Shown piece by piece: positions 11,355 to 20,246 of a stretch of 64,000 bases of DNA. Made by a program: the position numbers and the translations under genes. The DNA is taken from IMG/VR virus record IMGVR_UViG_3300037455_000221, positions 65,647 to 129,646 of that record, one strand, 5' to 3'. Source of the stretch: a virus (taxonomy: Duplodnaviria > Caudoviricetes). The notes under the pieces are model-generated. The model did not search any database and was not told the DNA's origin. It worked only from the letters and a program-made list of their open reading frames with translations. Positions within the stretch are counted from its first letter, which is position 1. Every line of letters begins with the position of its first letter.

Positions 11355-12256
11355 CAGATTTTAGGGAGAAATACGGGCGTACTAATCGTGCGCTCGTAGA
11401 CCCTTATGATCATCGTGATTGGAAGTTTAAGGATACTGTGTTTGCGGTATCACCTAATGGTATACCGGCAAATTATCAAACTAAAGATTCCGATTTCACA
11501 TATGATCAGGGGAATAGTATGATGTGTGCAGCATGTGCTTATAACTTTATTCGCTATCTGCAAGAGCGTGAGAAGGGTCAGAGCGAACTTACCGCACCAC
11601 TCAGCCCGGCATTTACTTATTGTAATCGCCCTGATGAAGAAGCTATGGAGGGTATGTATCTTAAGACTCCTATGCGTAATGGTAAGAACGGATCCATACT
11701 CTTCCACGACTTCCCGGATTTTGGAAAGCTGACTGAACTTAGACCAAAGTTTAATGCACATAAGGCAGAGTGGATGAAGAAGGCTAAGCCGTTTGCCATC
11801 AATGGTTATTATCAATGCACTACGCGTAAAGAAGTGCAGCAAGCTATCATGAATACCGGCGCTGTGCTTATTGGTATTCAGGTGTTCCCATGTTTCTATA
11901 GACCAGATAAGGATGGATATATTAATTACAATCCTAATCTTGATTATAATAGTGATGGTGGACATGCTCTCGCTGTGTACGGTTGGAAGACGGATAAGAA
12001 CGGAAAGTTGTGGTGGTTGATAAAGAACTCATGGGGCGGAGATTATGGTGTTAATGGCTCATGCTGGCTCCCGGAAGAGTATCCCTGGATGCAAGATGCT
12101 TATGTTGCCGTGGACAACACAATGGAAATGAAGTTCACAAAATATATGGAAAAATTCTATGGGGATGGTAAGGAGGTTGATCCACCTTTTTTAACCTCAG
12201 TGAAGAAAATGAAAGCAAAGATTAAGTTGTTCCTTAAAGGAGCGATTGTGAAGTGA
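11351..12256 (+). CDS. Papain-like cysteine peptidase (family C1)
   Basis: DQGNSMMC (oxyanion Gln and catalytic Cys), GGHALAVYGW (His), WWLIKNSWG (Asn). Confidence 0.85.
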   Translation: MTDFREKYGRTNRALVDPYDHRDWKFKDTVFAVSPNGIPANYQTKDSDFTYDQGNSMMCAACAYNFIRYLQEREKGQSELTAPLSPAFTYCNRPDEEAMEGMYLKTPMRNGKNGSILFHDFPDFGKLTELRPKFNAHKAEWMKKAKPFAINGYYQCTTRKEVQQAIMNTGAVLIGIQVFPCFYRPDKDGYINYNPNLDYNSDGGHALAVYGWKTDKNGKLWWLIKNSWGGDYGVNGSCWLPEEYPWMQDAYVAVDNTMEMKFTKYMEKFYGDGKEVDPPFLTSVKKMKAKIKLFLKGAIVK

Positions 12257-12266
12257 TTATAAGGCT

Positions 12267-12307
12267 ATGCCGTATCTGAAAGTATTTTGTCAGGTACGGC
12301 ATTTTTT
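12267..12307 (+). terminator. Intrinsic terminator ending the late operon
   Basis: ATGCCGTATCTGA...TCAGGTACGGCAT hairpin followed by a T-run. Confidence 0.75.
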
Positions 12308-12347
12308 GCCTATGCGTATGATAGACTAGAGAAAAAGGAGGCGAACT

Positions 12348-13682
12348 ATGAAAGGTGTAATCAAAAGAGGTAATTCATATAGGATCACAGTTTCAAAAGG
12401 ATATGATGATAAGGGAAAGCAGATCCGTCTGACTACTACTTATACTCCACCCAAGGGAGCCAGTGAGGCTCAGATTGCGTATGAGATTGAACAGATAAAG
12501 AAAGAATTGACTGAGGATAAACTTACTCGTGAGCGCATGACGTTTCAGTCGCTGTATGATTTGTGGAAGAAAACAGTTGCCAAAGAGGATTTAGAGAGGA
12601 GCACATATACGGATACTGTGTCTCGTCTTGAGAACGTCATCCTTCCTGAATTAGGTTGTTACAAACTTATTAATATAACCCCGATGGTAATTCATGATTA
12701 TCTTAAGGGTCTGCGTACTATGCAACGAGCCGATGGTAATGTAGGATATGCTGAATCTACTATAACAAGAATGAAGAGCATGATCTCTACTGTATTTGAA
12801 TTTGGTGTACAGTACGGATATATTCAGGCAAATCCTTGTCGTTCTGTAAGAATGAAACACAAGATGAACGAGGGAGTGGTTAATAAGGAAGGCGTATTTA
12901 CTCCACAGCAGACCAAGAAGTTTCTTGAGATACTGGATAAGCCAATTCCGGTTTTACTTGACGAGCGTAAAGTAATCAGGAATGGAAAGACAGTAACGCT
13001 TAAAGCATGTGATATGAACAAGCCATTTAAGGTAGCACTTAAGTATAAGTTATTCTTCTATATCGCTGTCTTTGCCGGCATGCGTCGTGGCGAGATTATT
13101 GCCCTCACATGGGAGGATCTCAACTTTGACGAAGGAATTATCAATGTAAATAAATCTACCGCTCGTGATGGCAGTAAACAGTATATAAAGATGCCCAAGA
13201 GTGCCAATGGTATACGCCAAGTGTGCGTACCTTTATTCGTCATGGATATAGCTAAGAAAGTAATGGAAGAACAACAAGAGTATATCGAAAAGGTTGGATC
13301 ATACTGGAAAGGCAAGAAGGGCTCTGAGAGCTTCATATTCGTCCAGGAAGACGGATTACAGATGCGTGTGGAAACTCCTTACACTGAATTTAAAAGAATC
13401 ATCCACGCCTATAATAAGACGGTTACAGACCCTAATGATATCCTTCCGAACATTCCGCTGCATGGATTAAGACATACTTCCGCATCATTGGCTAAGATGG
13501 GAGGAGCTGATACTTATGCTCTATCTAAACGTTTGGGGCATGCAGATATATCTACCACTCTCAATATATATGTCGATATGTTTCGTGAAGCTGACCGTCA
13601 GGGATCAGATGCCATTGTACGCGCTTTAGGTATAAACACCAAAACAAACACCAATAAAGAAAAACTGGAGCCCCTCGATTGA
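12348..13682 (+). CDS. int: Tyrosine recombinase / phage integrase
   Basis: N-terminal arm-binding region; catalytic motifs MRRGE, HGLRH, LGHA, NIY; adjacent attP. Confidence 0.93.
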   Translation: MKGVIKRGNSYRITVSKGYDDKGKQIRLTTTYTPPKGASEAQIAYEIEQIKKELTEDKLTRERMTFQSLYDLWKKTVAKEDLERSTYTDTVSRLENVILPELGCYKLINITPMVIHDYLKGLRTMQRADGNVGYAESTITRMKSMISTVFEFGVQYGYIQANPCRSVRMKHKMNEGVVNKEGVFTPQQTKKFLEILDKPIPVLLDERKVIRNGKTVTLKACDMNKPFKVALKYKLFFYIAVFAGMRRGEIIALTWEDLNFDEGIINVNKSTARDGSKQYIKMPKSANGIRQVCVPLFVMDIAKKVMEEQQEYIEKVGSYWKGKKGSESFIFVQEDGLQMRVETPYTEFKRIIHAYNKTVTDPNDILPNIPLHGLRHTSASLAKMGGADTYALSKRLGHADISTTLNIYVDMFREADRQGSDAIVRALGINTKTNTNKEKLEPLD

Positions 13683-13859
13683 GGAACCCCAGTATTTATG
13701 CGTCGGAGTGACTAGATTCGAACTAGCGGCCTCCGCCTCCCTAAAGTATTTTTATGCATTTAATATTTTTCCAAATCTAGTATTTATGCGGGTTTTCTGT
13801 TTATAACTGTTCATAACTTTTATAGAAATAAACACCAATAAACACCAAAATAAACACCA
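13633..13859. other. attP: tRNA-Pro 3'-half core flanked by arm-type repeats
   Basis: Core 13702-13742 (- strand GGGA GGCGG AGGCC GCTAG-TTCGAAT-CTAGT CACTCCG A). YAAACACCA direct repeats at 13633, 13645, 13829, 13839, 13851. AGTATTTATGCG at 13691 and 13779. Confidence 0.85.
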
Positions 13860-13863
13860 GGTT

Positions 13864-14043
13864 TTACTCGCCACGAAGATATCTATCAAAAGAATCCTTA
13901 TTAATGAGAAGTTTCTTTCCTGTCTCGCCAATAGGAACGGTATATACCGCTCCTGACTTGGCTATCTTCCTGACGGCTGAAACAGAGAGGTGATAATGTT
14001 CTGCTGCTTGTTGTATTGTCAACATGATCGGCGCATCTTCCAT
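13864..14043 (-). CDS. xis: Excisionase-like HTH protein (59 aa, not in ORF track)
   Basis: Translates MEDAPIMLTIQQAAEHYHLSVSAVRKIAKSGAVYTVPIGETGKKLLINKDSFDRYLRGE (winged-HTH Xis pattern); AGGAG RBS; convergent on attP. Confidence 0.8.
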   Translation of the reverse strand: MEDAPIMLTIQQAAEHYHLSVSAVRKIAKSGAVYTVPIGETGKKLLINKDSFDRYLRGE

Positions 14044-14045
14044 AG

Positions 14046-14444
14046 TTATTCTCCTAACTTTAATATCTTACTAATTGCTACAGCTTCTTCGTATGAAATA
14101 CTTCTGCGAGACTTAATCTTGCCAAGGACTTCATAAGCAAATCGTCTCTTTGCAATCTCTTCATCAGTGCCCTGAGGCTCATCCTTGGAGGGCGAGAAGA
14201 ACTCTTTCTTATCCTCTTCAGTGAGATCCCACAGATAACAGAACTCTGTATACGATCCGAAGTCTATTGCAAGCACAGGAGCTACATTAAAATCAAAATC
14301 TGCTGAGTAATATTTTACACCCTTCTTTGATCTAATATACTCAAAGGCGTCCTTTATACTCTTTGGTTCATATTCAATTGATAATGTTTGTATTACCGGG
14401 TCATTTATGTCACGTTTATAACCCTGTTCAAATGCTAACTTCAT
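14046..14444 (-). CDS. Hypothetical protein
   Basis: ORF coupled to neighbours. Confidence 0.6.
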   Translation of the reverse strand: MKLAFEQGYKRDINDPVIQTLSIEYEPKSIKDAFEYIRSKKGVKYYSADFDFNVAPVLAIDFGSYTEFCYLWDLTEEDKKEFFSPSKDEPQGTDEEIAKRRFAYEVLGKIKSRRSISYEEAVAISKILKLGE

Positions 14445-15478
14445 TATATTTCTCCTTTGATAATCTTTTCATTTACAGAAGCCATAAACTCATTGATCTT
14501 TTTATAATTAGGTTTCTCTGGTAAATCAGTATTTTCTTTATCATAAGCAAGTCTTTTCTCGTACTCATTTACAATGTCATAAAATTCCGGAAGGACTTGA
14601 TTATCTTGTGTTATAAACTTACCGTTTCTAATCTCCATAAGAAAATCATGCTCAGCTTCTCTATAAGTTACTATGTCTTTTTTCTCTAAGATATCGAAAC
14701 ACATTAGATATAATCTTATGAGGTGCATCATATGCTTAGCAATTTTGCCATGTTCTAATGCATGATCATTGCGCTTACCAAGAGTATTGTATGACTTAGC
14801 GGTTGTTTGTAATGAGTTCCACAGTCCACAGTAGTCTCTTAAAGGATAGTGTGTAAGCTTTACATCCATGAAAATTTCTGTGTCCATTTCTGGCTTATCA
14901 GATTTATCGATATAAAGATTAATAGAATCCTCAGGCACTATTGAAAACTGATTATTAAAATCTTCTCTCATGAACTCAAGAGTCTTAAGTATATGCTCTT
15001 CTAATTGTGCTTGACCCATAGAGTGCTTTTCTTTTTGTGTCAATCTATACAGCTGCTGATTTGCATATCCGCCAAATGAATGAATGCACTTCTTAGATAA
15101 AAACAATCCTTTATTATTTATCAGCTCCTGGCCAATTGGATTAAGATACAGATAATGTTCAGGTTTTAATCCAAGAAGCTCAATGGTATTTGGATTCACA
15201 TTTGTGAGCAAAGATATAAGTTTATTAAATGAATAAACGGTTGTATCTGTCTTTTCATCCACCACTTGATCAAAGTTCTGATTTGTAAGCAGCTCCATTT
15301 TAGAATTTAAAGCACATCCTCTTATATCTACATCTGAGATCCCTATGTTGGTTCCATATGCATATGATCCACCCAGGCCCAACAATATAATGTTGGGGCC
15401 AAGGTGCTCATTGTTGTGTAGAAAACTATATTCACCATTGGTATCAGATATGGTTTCTTTAATTTTATCTAATGTCAT
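14444..15478 (-). CDS. Pol-beta superfamily nucleotidyltransferase (RlaP / T4 NrdC.11-like)
   Basis: GGSYAYGT..SDVDIRG motif, NPNTIELL, and C-terminal KHMMHLIRL helix. Confidence 0.8.
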   Translation of the reverse strand: MTLDKIKETISDTNGEYSFLHNNEHLGPNIILLGLGGSYAYGTNIGISDVDIRGCALNSKMELLTNQNFDQVVDEKTDTTVYSFNKLISLLTNVNPNTIELLGLKPEHYLYLNPIGQELINNKGLFLSKKCIHSFGGYANQQLYRLTQKEKHSMGQAQLEEHILKTLEFMREDFNNQFSIVPEDSINLYIDKSDKPEMDTEIFMDVKLTHYPLRDYCGLWNSLQTTAKSYNTLGKRNDHALEHGKIAKHMMHLIRLYLMCFDILEKKDIVTYREAEHDFLMEIRNGKFITQDNQVLPEFYDIVNEYEKRLAYDKENTDLPEKPNYKKINEFMASVNEKIIKGEI

Positions 15479-15516
15479 AATCCTTCCCTCTTATCCTTAA
15501 ATAAATCTCAAAATTC

Positions 15517-15795
15517 TCATTTCCAATATTTCTTAATAAGTTCTAATTCCTCAGATGTAGGGGCTCTCATTGTGAAACAAGAACTTTCTGTTACGTCCTT
15601 AATGGCTCTGTTATATCCGGCTTCATATCCTTCTTTATACTGGTTACGATCATATGCAAGTGCCTTAAGAAGTTCTTCTTTATTTACATCTACGCCCATG
15701 CTTTGAGCGACAGACATAACGTTGTCCTCTAGTGTTGTTTGTATTTCAGTCTGATATACTTTTATTGGTGAGATATAACCGTCTAATGGATTCAT
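15517..15795 (-). CDS. Hypothetical phage protein
   Basis: ELLKALAYDRNQY..GY motif; overlaps nrdD stop. Confidence 0.6.
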   Translation of the reverse strand: MNPLDGYISPIKVYQTEIQTTLEDNVMSVAQSMGVDVNKEELLKALAYDRNQYKEGYEAGYNRAIKDVTESSCFTMRAPTSEELELIKKYWK

Positions 15796-16772
15796 CTATT
15801 CCAGCTCCTTAATTTCTGTGAATGTTTATAGCGCAATTCAACTTCTTGCTGTTTGCCAAGATTAAATGCCGTTTTATAATCACTTGTTAAATATCCGGTC
15901 ACTCTACGAAGATGCGTTACATGATTGCTACCACACATAGGACATTCTTCATCCATATCATCAGAATATCCGCAATCTTCGCACTGATCATTAGGAACGT
16001 TAATTGCGAAGTAGGGAACATCTTTATCCATAGCATAATTGATTATGGTTTCAACAGCATCAAGGTTATTCTTTACAGAAGACTCAAGCTCTACATAAAG
16101 AATGCTTCCAGCATTAGAGTAGTTATCAAGTACAGATTCAATGTCAATCTTCCTGAAAGGATCTATCTGTTCCCAGACAGGGCAGTGTACCGAGTTAGTG
16201 AAGAACTCTTTATCACTAACATTAGGGATTTCGCCATACTTTTTCTTGAACTTCTGCATTGATGTGTAGCACAGATTTTCTGCAGGAGTTAAGTATACAC
16301 CATAATTAAGATGTTCTTTCTCCTTCTGTTCTTTACATCTATCCTTAAAGAGCTGCTCAATTTTGCATCCAAGAGCGAAGCCTTCATCGCTTAGCTGATT
16401 GCAGCCTACAAGGATCTGTAATGTCTCAGCAAGTCCTATCTGTCCAAGAGCAAGTGTACCATGCTTAAGTGCACTCTCTATGTTCTTGCCATCGTAACCA
16501 GCCATTGTATGATTGGTATACATAAATGCTCCTGATCTGGGATCTTGTGAACAAATATAATCATATCTTTCACGAAGCATCTGGAATCCAATTGTTATAT
16601 TGTCATCTAATATCTGCATGAAACAATCAACAATGGGTTCACCAGTTTTTTCTGCTCTTTCCTTGGCTTGCATAGCAAGAGTGGGCATGATAATTGTTAC
16701 CGGACAGATGTTACCACGACCATCTTTGAGCTGGTCAAAACCATTTATATCAAAACCGTTGTATGTCCTACA
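15792..16772 (-). CDS. nrdD: Anaerobic ribonucleotide reductase NrdD, exon 2
   Basis: Begins CRT (completes MGCR); contains TPAENL, CxxC-CxxC Zn site and glycyl-radical RRVTGYL. Confidence 0.93.
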   Translation of the reverse strand, partial: CRTYNGFDINGFDQLKDGRGNICPVTIIMPTLAMQAKERAEKTGEPIVDCFMQILDDNITIGFQMLRERYDYICSQDPRSGAFMYTNHTMAGYDGKNIESALKHGTLALGQIGLAETLQILVGCNQLSDEGFALGCKIEQLFKDRCKEQKEKEHLNYGVYLTPAENLCYTSMQKFKKKYGEIPNVSDKEFFTNSVHCPVWEQIDPFRKIDIESVLDNYSNAGSILYVELESSVKNNLDAVETIINYAMDKDVPYFAINVPNDQCEDCGYSDDMDEECPMCGSNHVTHLRRVTGYLTSDYKTAFNLGKQQEVELRYKHSQKLRSWNR

Positions 16773-17597
16773 CAAGTCTCACTGTGTGAGACCTAGACTA
16801 TATCTTCATTATTTATTCTATTACCAAACAAATAATGCTCAGCACTTCCACTAAATGAATTTCACATTTAATGTACTCTACTCGCTTCTTCGCCTGAATA
16901 TTTCTTTCAGGTTATGCTTTCGATAGTCGTTTGACCTTACGCATAATTAAACAAATAACCTAGATAATCTTCTTTTAATTCACCTTTTAACACTCTAGCA
17001 ATTTTATGTCTGTCAAGTTGTAATGCATTGGCACATTTTCTTATAGATCCATACACTCCTATAGATTCATTATTTAAATTTTTAACTTCTACTGAAGTAT
17101 TATTTTTATGAGTGCGGTTTCCACTATGCCATCCGTGATATACATTATATGAATTTGTACACCACTCAAGATTTTCAAGTCTGTTATCTGTTTTGTCACT
17201 GTTGATGTGATTAACGTATTTATAATTATTTGGATTAGGTATAAAACAATGGGCTAATATGACATGTACCCTATTATGATGAGAAACTCCATTTTCTGTT
17301 TTATATTGAACTTGTAAATACCCATCGGATCCTTTTGAAGGAGTAAGCTTTTTACCAGTTCTTTTACTATAAATATTTAAATCATCATCTACTAAAAATC
17401 CATCATACTCTTTCATAAACACCTCATTGAGGTCTTTGTTTAAGTATGCGTCTTGGCACAGGATTCTTTCTTTCGAACATTCCCTGTTAGCCAACTTGCA
17501 AAATGTCATTTCCTACATTTCCATTTTTATAATGTCAAGTTGACACCTTACATTTGTAAGTTCACTGAGTTTTACATGAGCCATCGTGTTGTTGTTA
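16773..17597 (-). mobile_element. Group I self-splicing intron in nrdD
   Basis: 5' exon ends CATGGGT, which pairs with intron GCTCATG (P1 with U.G at the splice site). P7 strands GACTA and AAGATATAGTCT are present. Terminal G at 16773. Splicing restores ATG GGT TGT AGG (MGCR). Confidence 0.9.
16937..17416 (-). CDS. Intron-encoded HNH homing endonuclease (I-HmuI-like)
   Basis: VHVILAHCF, VNHINSDKTDNRLENLEW, C-terminal helical DNA-binding module; GAGGTG RBS before ATG 17416. Confidence 0.88.
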   Translation of the reverse strand: MKEYDGFLVDDDLNIYSKRTGKKLTPSKGSDGYLQVQYKTENGVSHHNRVHVILAHCFIPNPNNYKYVNHINSDKTDNRLENLEWCTNSYNVYHGWHSGNRTHKNNTSVEVKNLNNESIGVYGSIRKCANALQLDRHKIARVLKGELKEDYLGYLFNYA

Positions 17598-18869
17598 ACC
17601 CATGGTTGACATATAAGTTCTAGGATCGTTAGGATCATATCCGGCATTACCACTCCAGTCAACGTTACAATAATTTGGATACAATCTTAATGCAGTACAC
17701 TTTATAGCCAGCCTGAAAAGGTCATAGTTAGGATCTCCTGGCTTTCTATTCACACCTTTCATACACTGGAATATTGCACAAGGGAAAATAGATGTACGGT
17801 GGAACTTGCCAAGTCCTTCTATTGCTACTTCAAGTAGCGTTTGAGTAACCATTCTTCCTTCAAGCCTAGTACATGTACCATAGTTGATAGATGTAAAAGG
17901 TAGTTGATTACCGGATCTGCTCTGAAGACTATTAAGATTATGATACATAGCTTCAACAGCTTGCTTTGTTTCTTTCTTTGTCATAGCCATAGCATACTTG
18001 TAGGCTTGTTCGTAATAATAATATCTAGTATCTTCAATACTTATTTCTTCAGGGTTTGTAGCCCCAAGTTCTTTTTGTATCTGAGAAGGAAGTAATCCAA
18101 CTATATATTCAAGTCCGTCTTTGTAATGCTTATAAAATGAAAGTCTTACGTACGGAACCATTGTCCAATCTAAATGTGTTGCTGAACATCCGCCAAACTG
18201 GTCAAGACTCTGCAGCTGGAAAATTACTGCGGTTAATTGAAGAGCTGAACCTATTGATCTGGCCGGACGCATGTCTGTCTGTTTTACTCTGAATCCATTA
18301 GCAAGAAGATCATCAAAAGGAATGCTTAAGCAGTTGTGATCTCCAAGAGGATAATGGTCGAGATCATGTATATACACTTCATTACCAAGATGCTTCTTAC
18401 GTGCTATGTCTGATACAAGATAATCAAGTGCGTATTTCTTCATAAGTACACTTTCGGCTTCACCTTTACGACCACCAAAAGAATGTTCGTCTACATTAGC
18501 ATTCTGATTATCTACATCTATTGCTTCAATCTTACGAGTAACTTCTCTCATAAAGTCAGCGTTATATTCACGAGAGCGCGTTCTTTTATTCCTATAAAGT
18601 ATATACTTCTTGGCGACATCCTTATGTTTTGACGCCATTAATTTATTCTCAATAATATCCTGGATATCTTCAACTGATAATATCTTATGATCCTTAACTT
18701 CCCATGATGCCTTAACTAACTTTTCAATGCCATCTGCAACCTGATCTGCGCATTGCCTAAACTCTTCGTCTACTTCTCCGCGTTCAGCTTCACACGCCCT
18801 AACCATTGCTGTTATTATCTTCTCGCGATCAAATTTCTGCTGTCTACCGTCTCTTTTATTTACTACCAT
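17598..18869 (-). CDS. nrdD: Anaerobic ribonucleotide reductase NrdD, exon 1
   Basis: ATP-cone (VNKRDGR..FDREKI), YIHDLD, HNC, Q.GG, QLPFTSINYG, YPNY; ends STMG. Confidence 0.93.
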
Positions 18870-19515
18870 TTTTGAGAGCCCTCCTCTGTTTTCTATGTAC
18901 CTTTCTTTCCCAGCGCTCCCTATATTCCTTTACTGTGTCACTAATATCAACTGTAACATCTTCCTTTTTACCATCTCCATAACGAGTATATCCATAAGTA
19001 TTTGGAATAGAACAATGTGTAGGATCAGTATCAAACCTTTCATTGTAAGGTGTCTTATATGCACCATGCTTTTTTTGAATCCTATCGTCACATATCCTAC
19101 ATCTACATTCTACCCAGCCACCTTTACTAATTGGACTATCTGGACGTCCACAATGCTGACATACATTAGCAGAAATTGCTGTATACTTATCAATTACATC
19201 CTCAACTTCATCCACGCACATATTGGTATACACACGGAGCTCGCCAAATTTCTCCTTGATCTGAACAAAATATAGGCGATTCTCAAGTCCAAGCCTATGA
19301 ATGATCGGATTAAGTTCCTTGATACACATATGCCACAGATCAGCCCAACCACCATTACTACCAAACGCATCATATTCGGTAACGCCAATAGTAGGTATAA
19401 CTTCACCAGTCCAATCACTATGTATAGCAATCCAGTTACCATACTTCCTTATTATCTTTTTGGCTCTGAGGTGATCACTTATCCTCTTCCTCGCTTTCCT
19501 TCTTTTCGCGCTCAT
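18856..19515 (-). CDS. Hypothetical phage protein (QIKEKFG.LR.Y family, Zn ribbon)
   Basis: Conserved QIKEKFGELRVY and CxxCG...CxxC; start uncertain. Confidence 0.6.
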   Translation of the reverse strand: MSAKRRKARKRISDHLRAKKIIRKYGNWIAIHSDWTGEVIPTIGVTEYDAFGSNGGWADLWHMCIKELNPIIHRLGLENRLYFVQIKEKFGELRVYTNMCVDEVEDVIDKYTAISANVCQHCGRPDSPISKGGWVECRCRICDDRIQKKHGAYKTPYNERFDTDPTHCSIPNTYGYTRYGDGKKEDVTVDISDTVKEYRERWERKVHRKQRRALKNGSK

Positions 19516-20062
19516 CCATTTTCTCCTTCCATATTCTATCCCAGCCGTATACCCACAGCCTTGCTTCATCTTCGGTATACCCTTGATGGATTAATTCTTC
19601 ACACCAATGTTCCCGGAAATATTCATGTATAGGTGTGTGTAAATCTTCAGTCTTAGCTTTTTCTCCGGCTTCACCAACTCTACGAGCGAGCTCTATTTCC
19701 CAATCATTCGGGTTAAACCAAACTGCCGCTTTAATAGCTTCGTCTACAGTATATTGAATCTTATTACGCTTACACTTTTTGTAATATTTAACAAGCGAAT
19801 TCTTGACCCAACTAATGCATTCAGCTTCTTCACTATCAATAAAACATTGACTACTTATATGAACGTATGCTTTGTTTTTATCTACACCCATACTACATGT
19901 AAGATAAGGATAGTATTTGGAAAGATCTTTTTGATTATTTATGGTTAATATGTGATCTCTTCCATCCGCACCATAAATAGAAAACTTACTGTTTTGTAAG
20001 TATTTATCACTACGATCACCGAAGCTGTCACATACATCACATTTACCACAAAATTCTGACAT
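19475..20062 (-). CDS. Hypothetical protein
   Basis: GGAGG RBS before ATG 20062; downstream of a promoter. Confidence 0.6.
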   Translation of the reverse strand: MSEFCGKCDVCDSFGDRSDKYLQNSKFSIYGADGRDHILTINNQKDLSKYYPYLTCSMGVDKNKAYVHISSQCFIDSEEAECISWVKNSLVKYYKKCKRNKIQYTVDEAIKAAVWFNPNDWEIELARRVGEAGEKAKTEDLHTPIHEYFREHWCEELIHQGYTEDEARLWVYGWDRIWKEKMDEREKKESEEEDK

Positions 20063-20217
20063 ATTACCTCCTTCCTTTTTAGAAACCAATAGGGCAAGAC
20101 CGTCGCCTTGCCCTATCCTTATAGGCTTCAGATCATTCTACGAAATAAAGCTTTCTAACTTTGTCAACTTATCTATGACCTCTCTTATATCTGTCGCCCA
20201 CGTCCTTCGACTCTTTT

Positions 20218-20246
20218 ATACTATCATATTATTGGTACATTGTCAA
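20218..20246 (-). promoter_or_regulatory. sigmaA-type promoter
   Basis: TTGACA-17 nt-TAGTAT with extended TG. Confidence 0.6.

Noticed and set aside
13702-13742. Functional tRNA-Pro gene
   Set aside because: Only the 3' half is present; it is the attP core.
13826-13860. Short tandem repeats as a possible CRISPR array or iterons
   Set aside because: 9-nt units without spacers that flank the att core; better explained as integrase arm sites.
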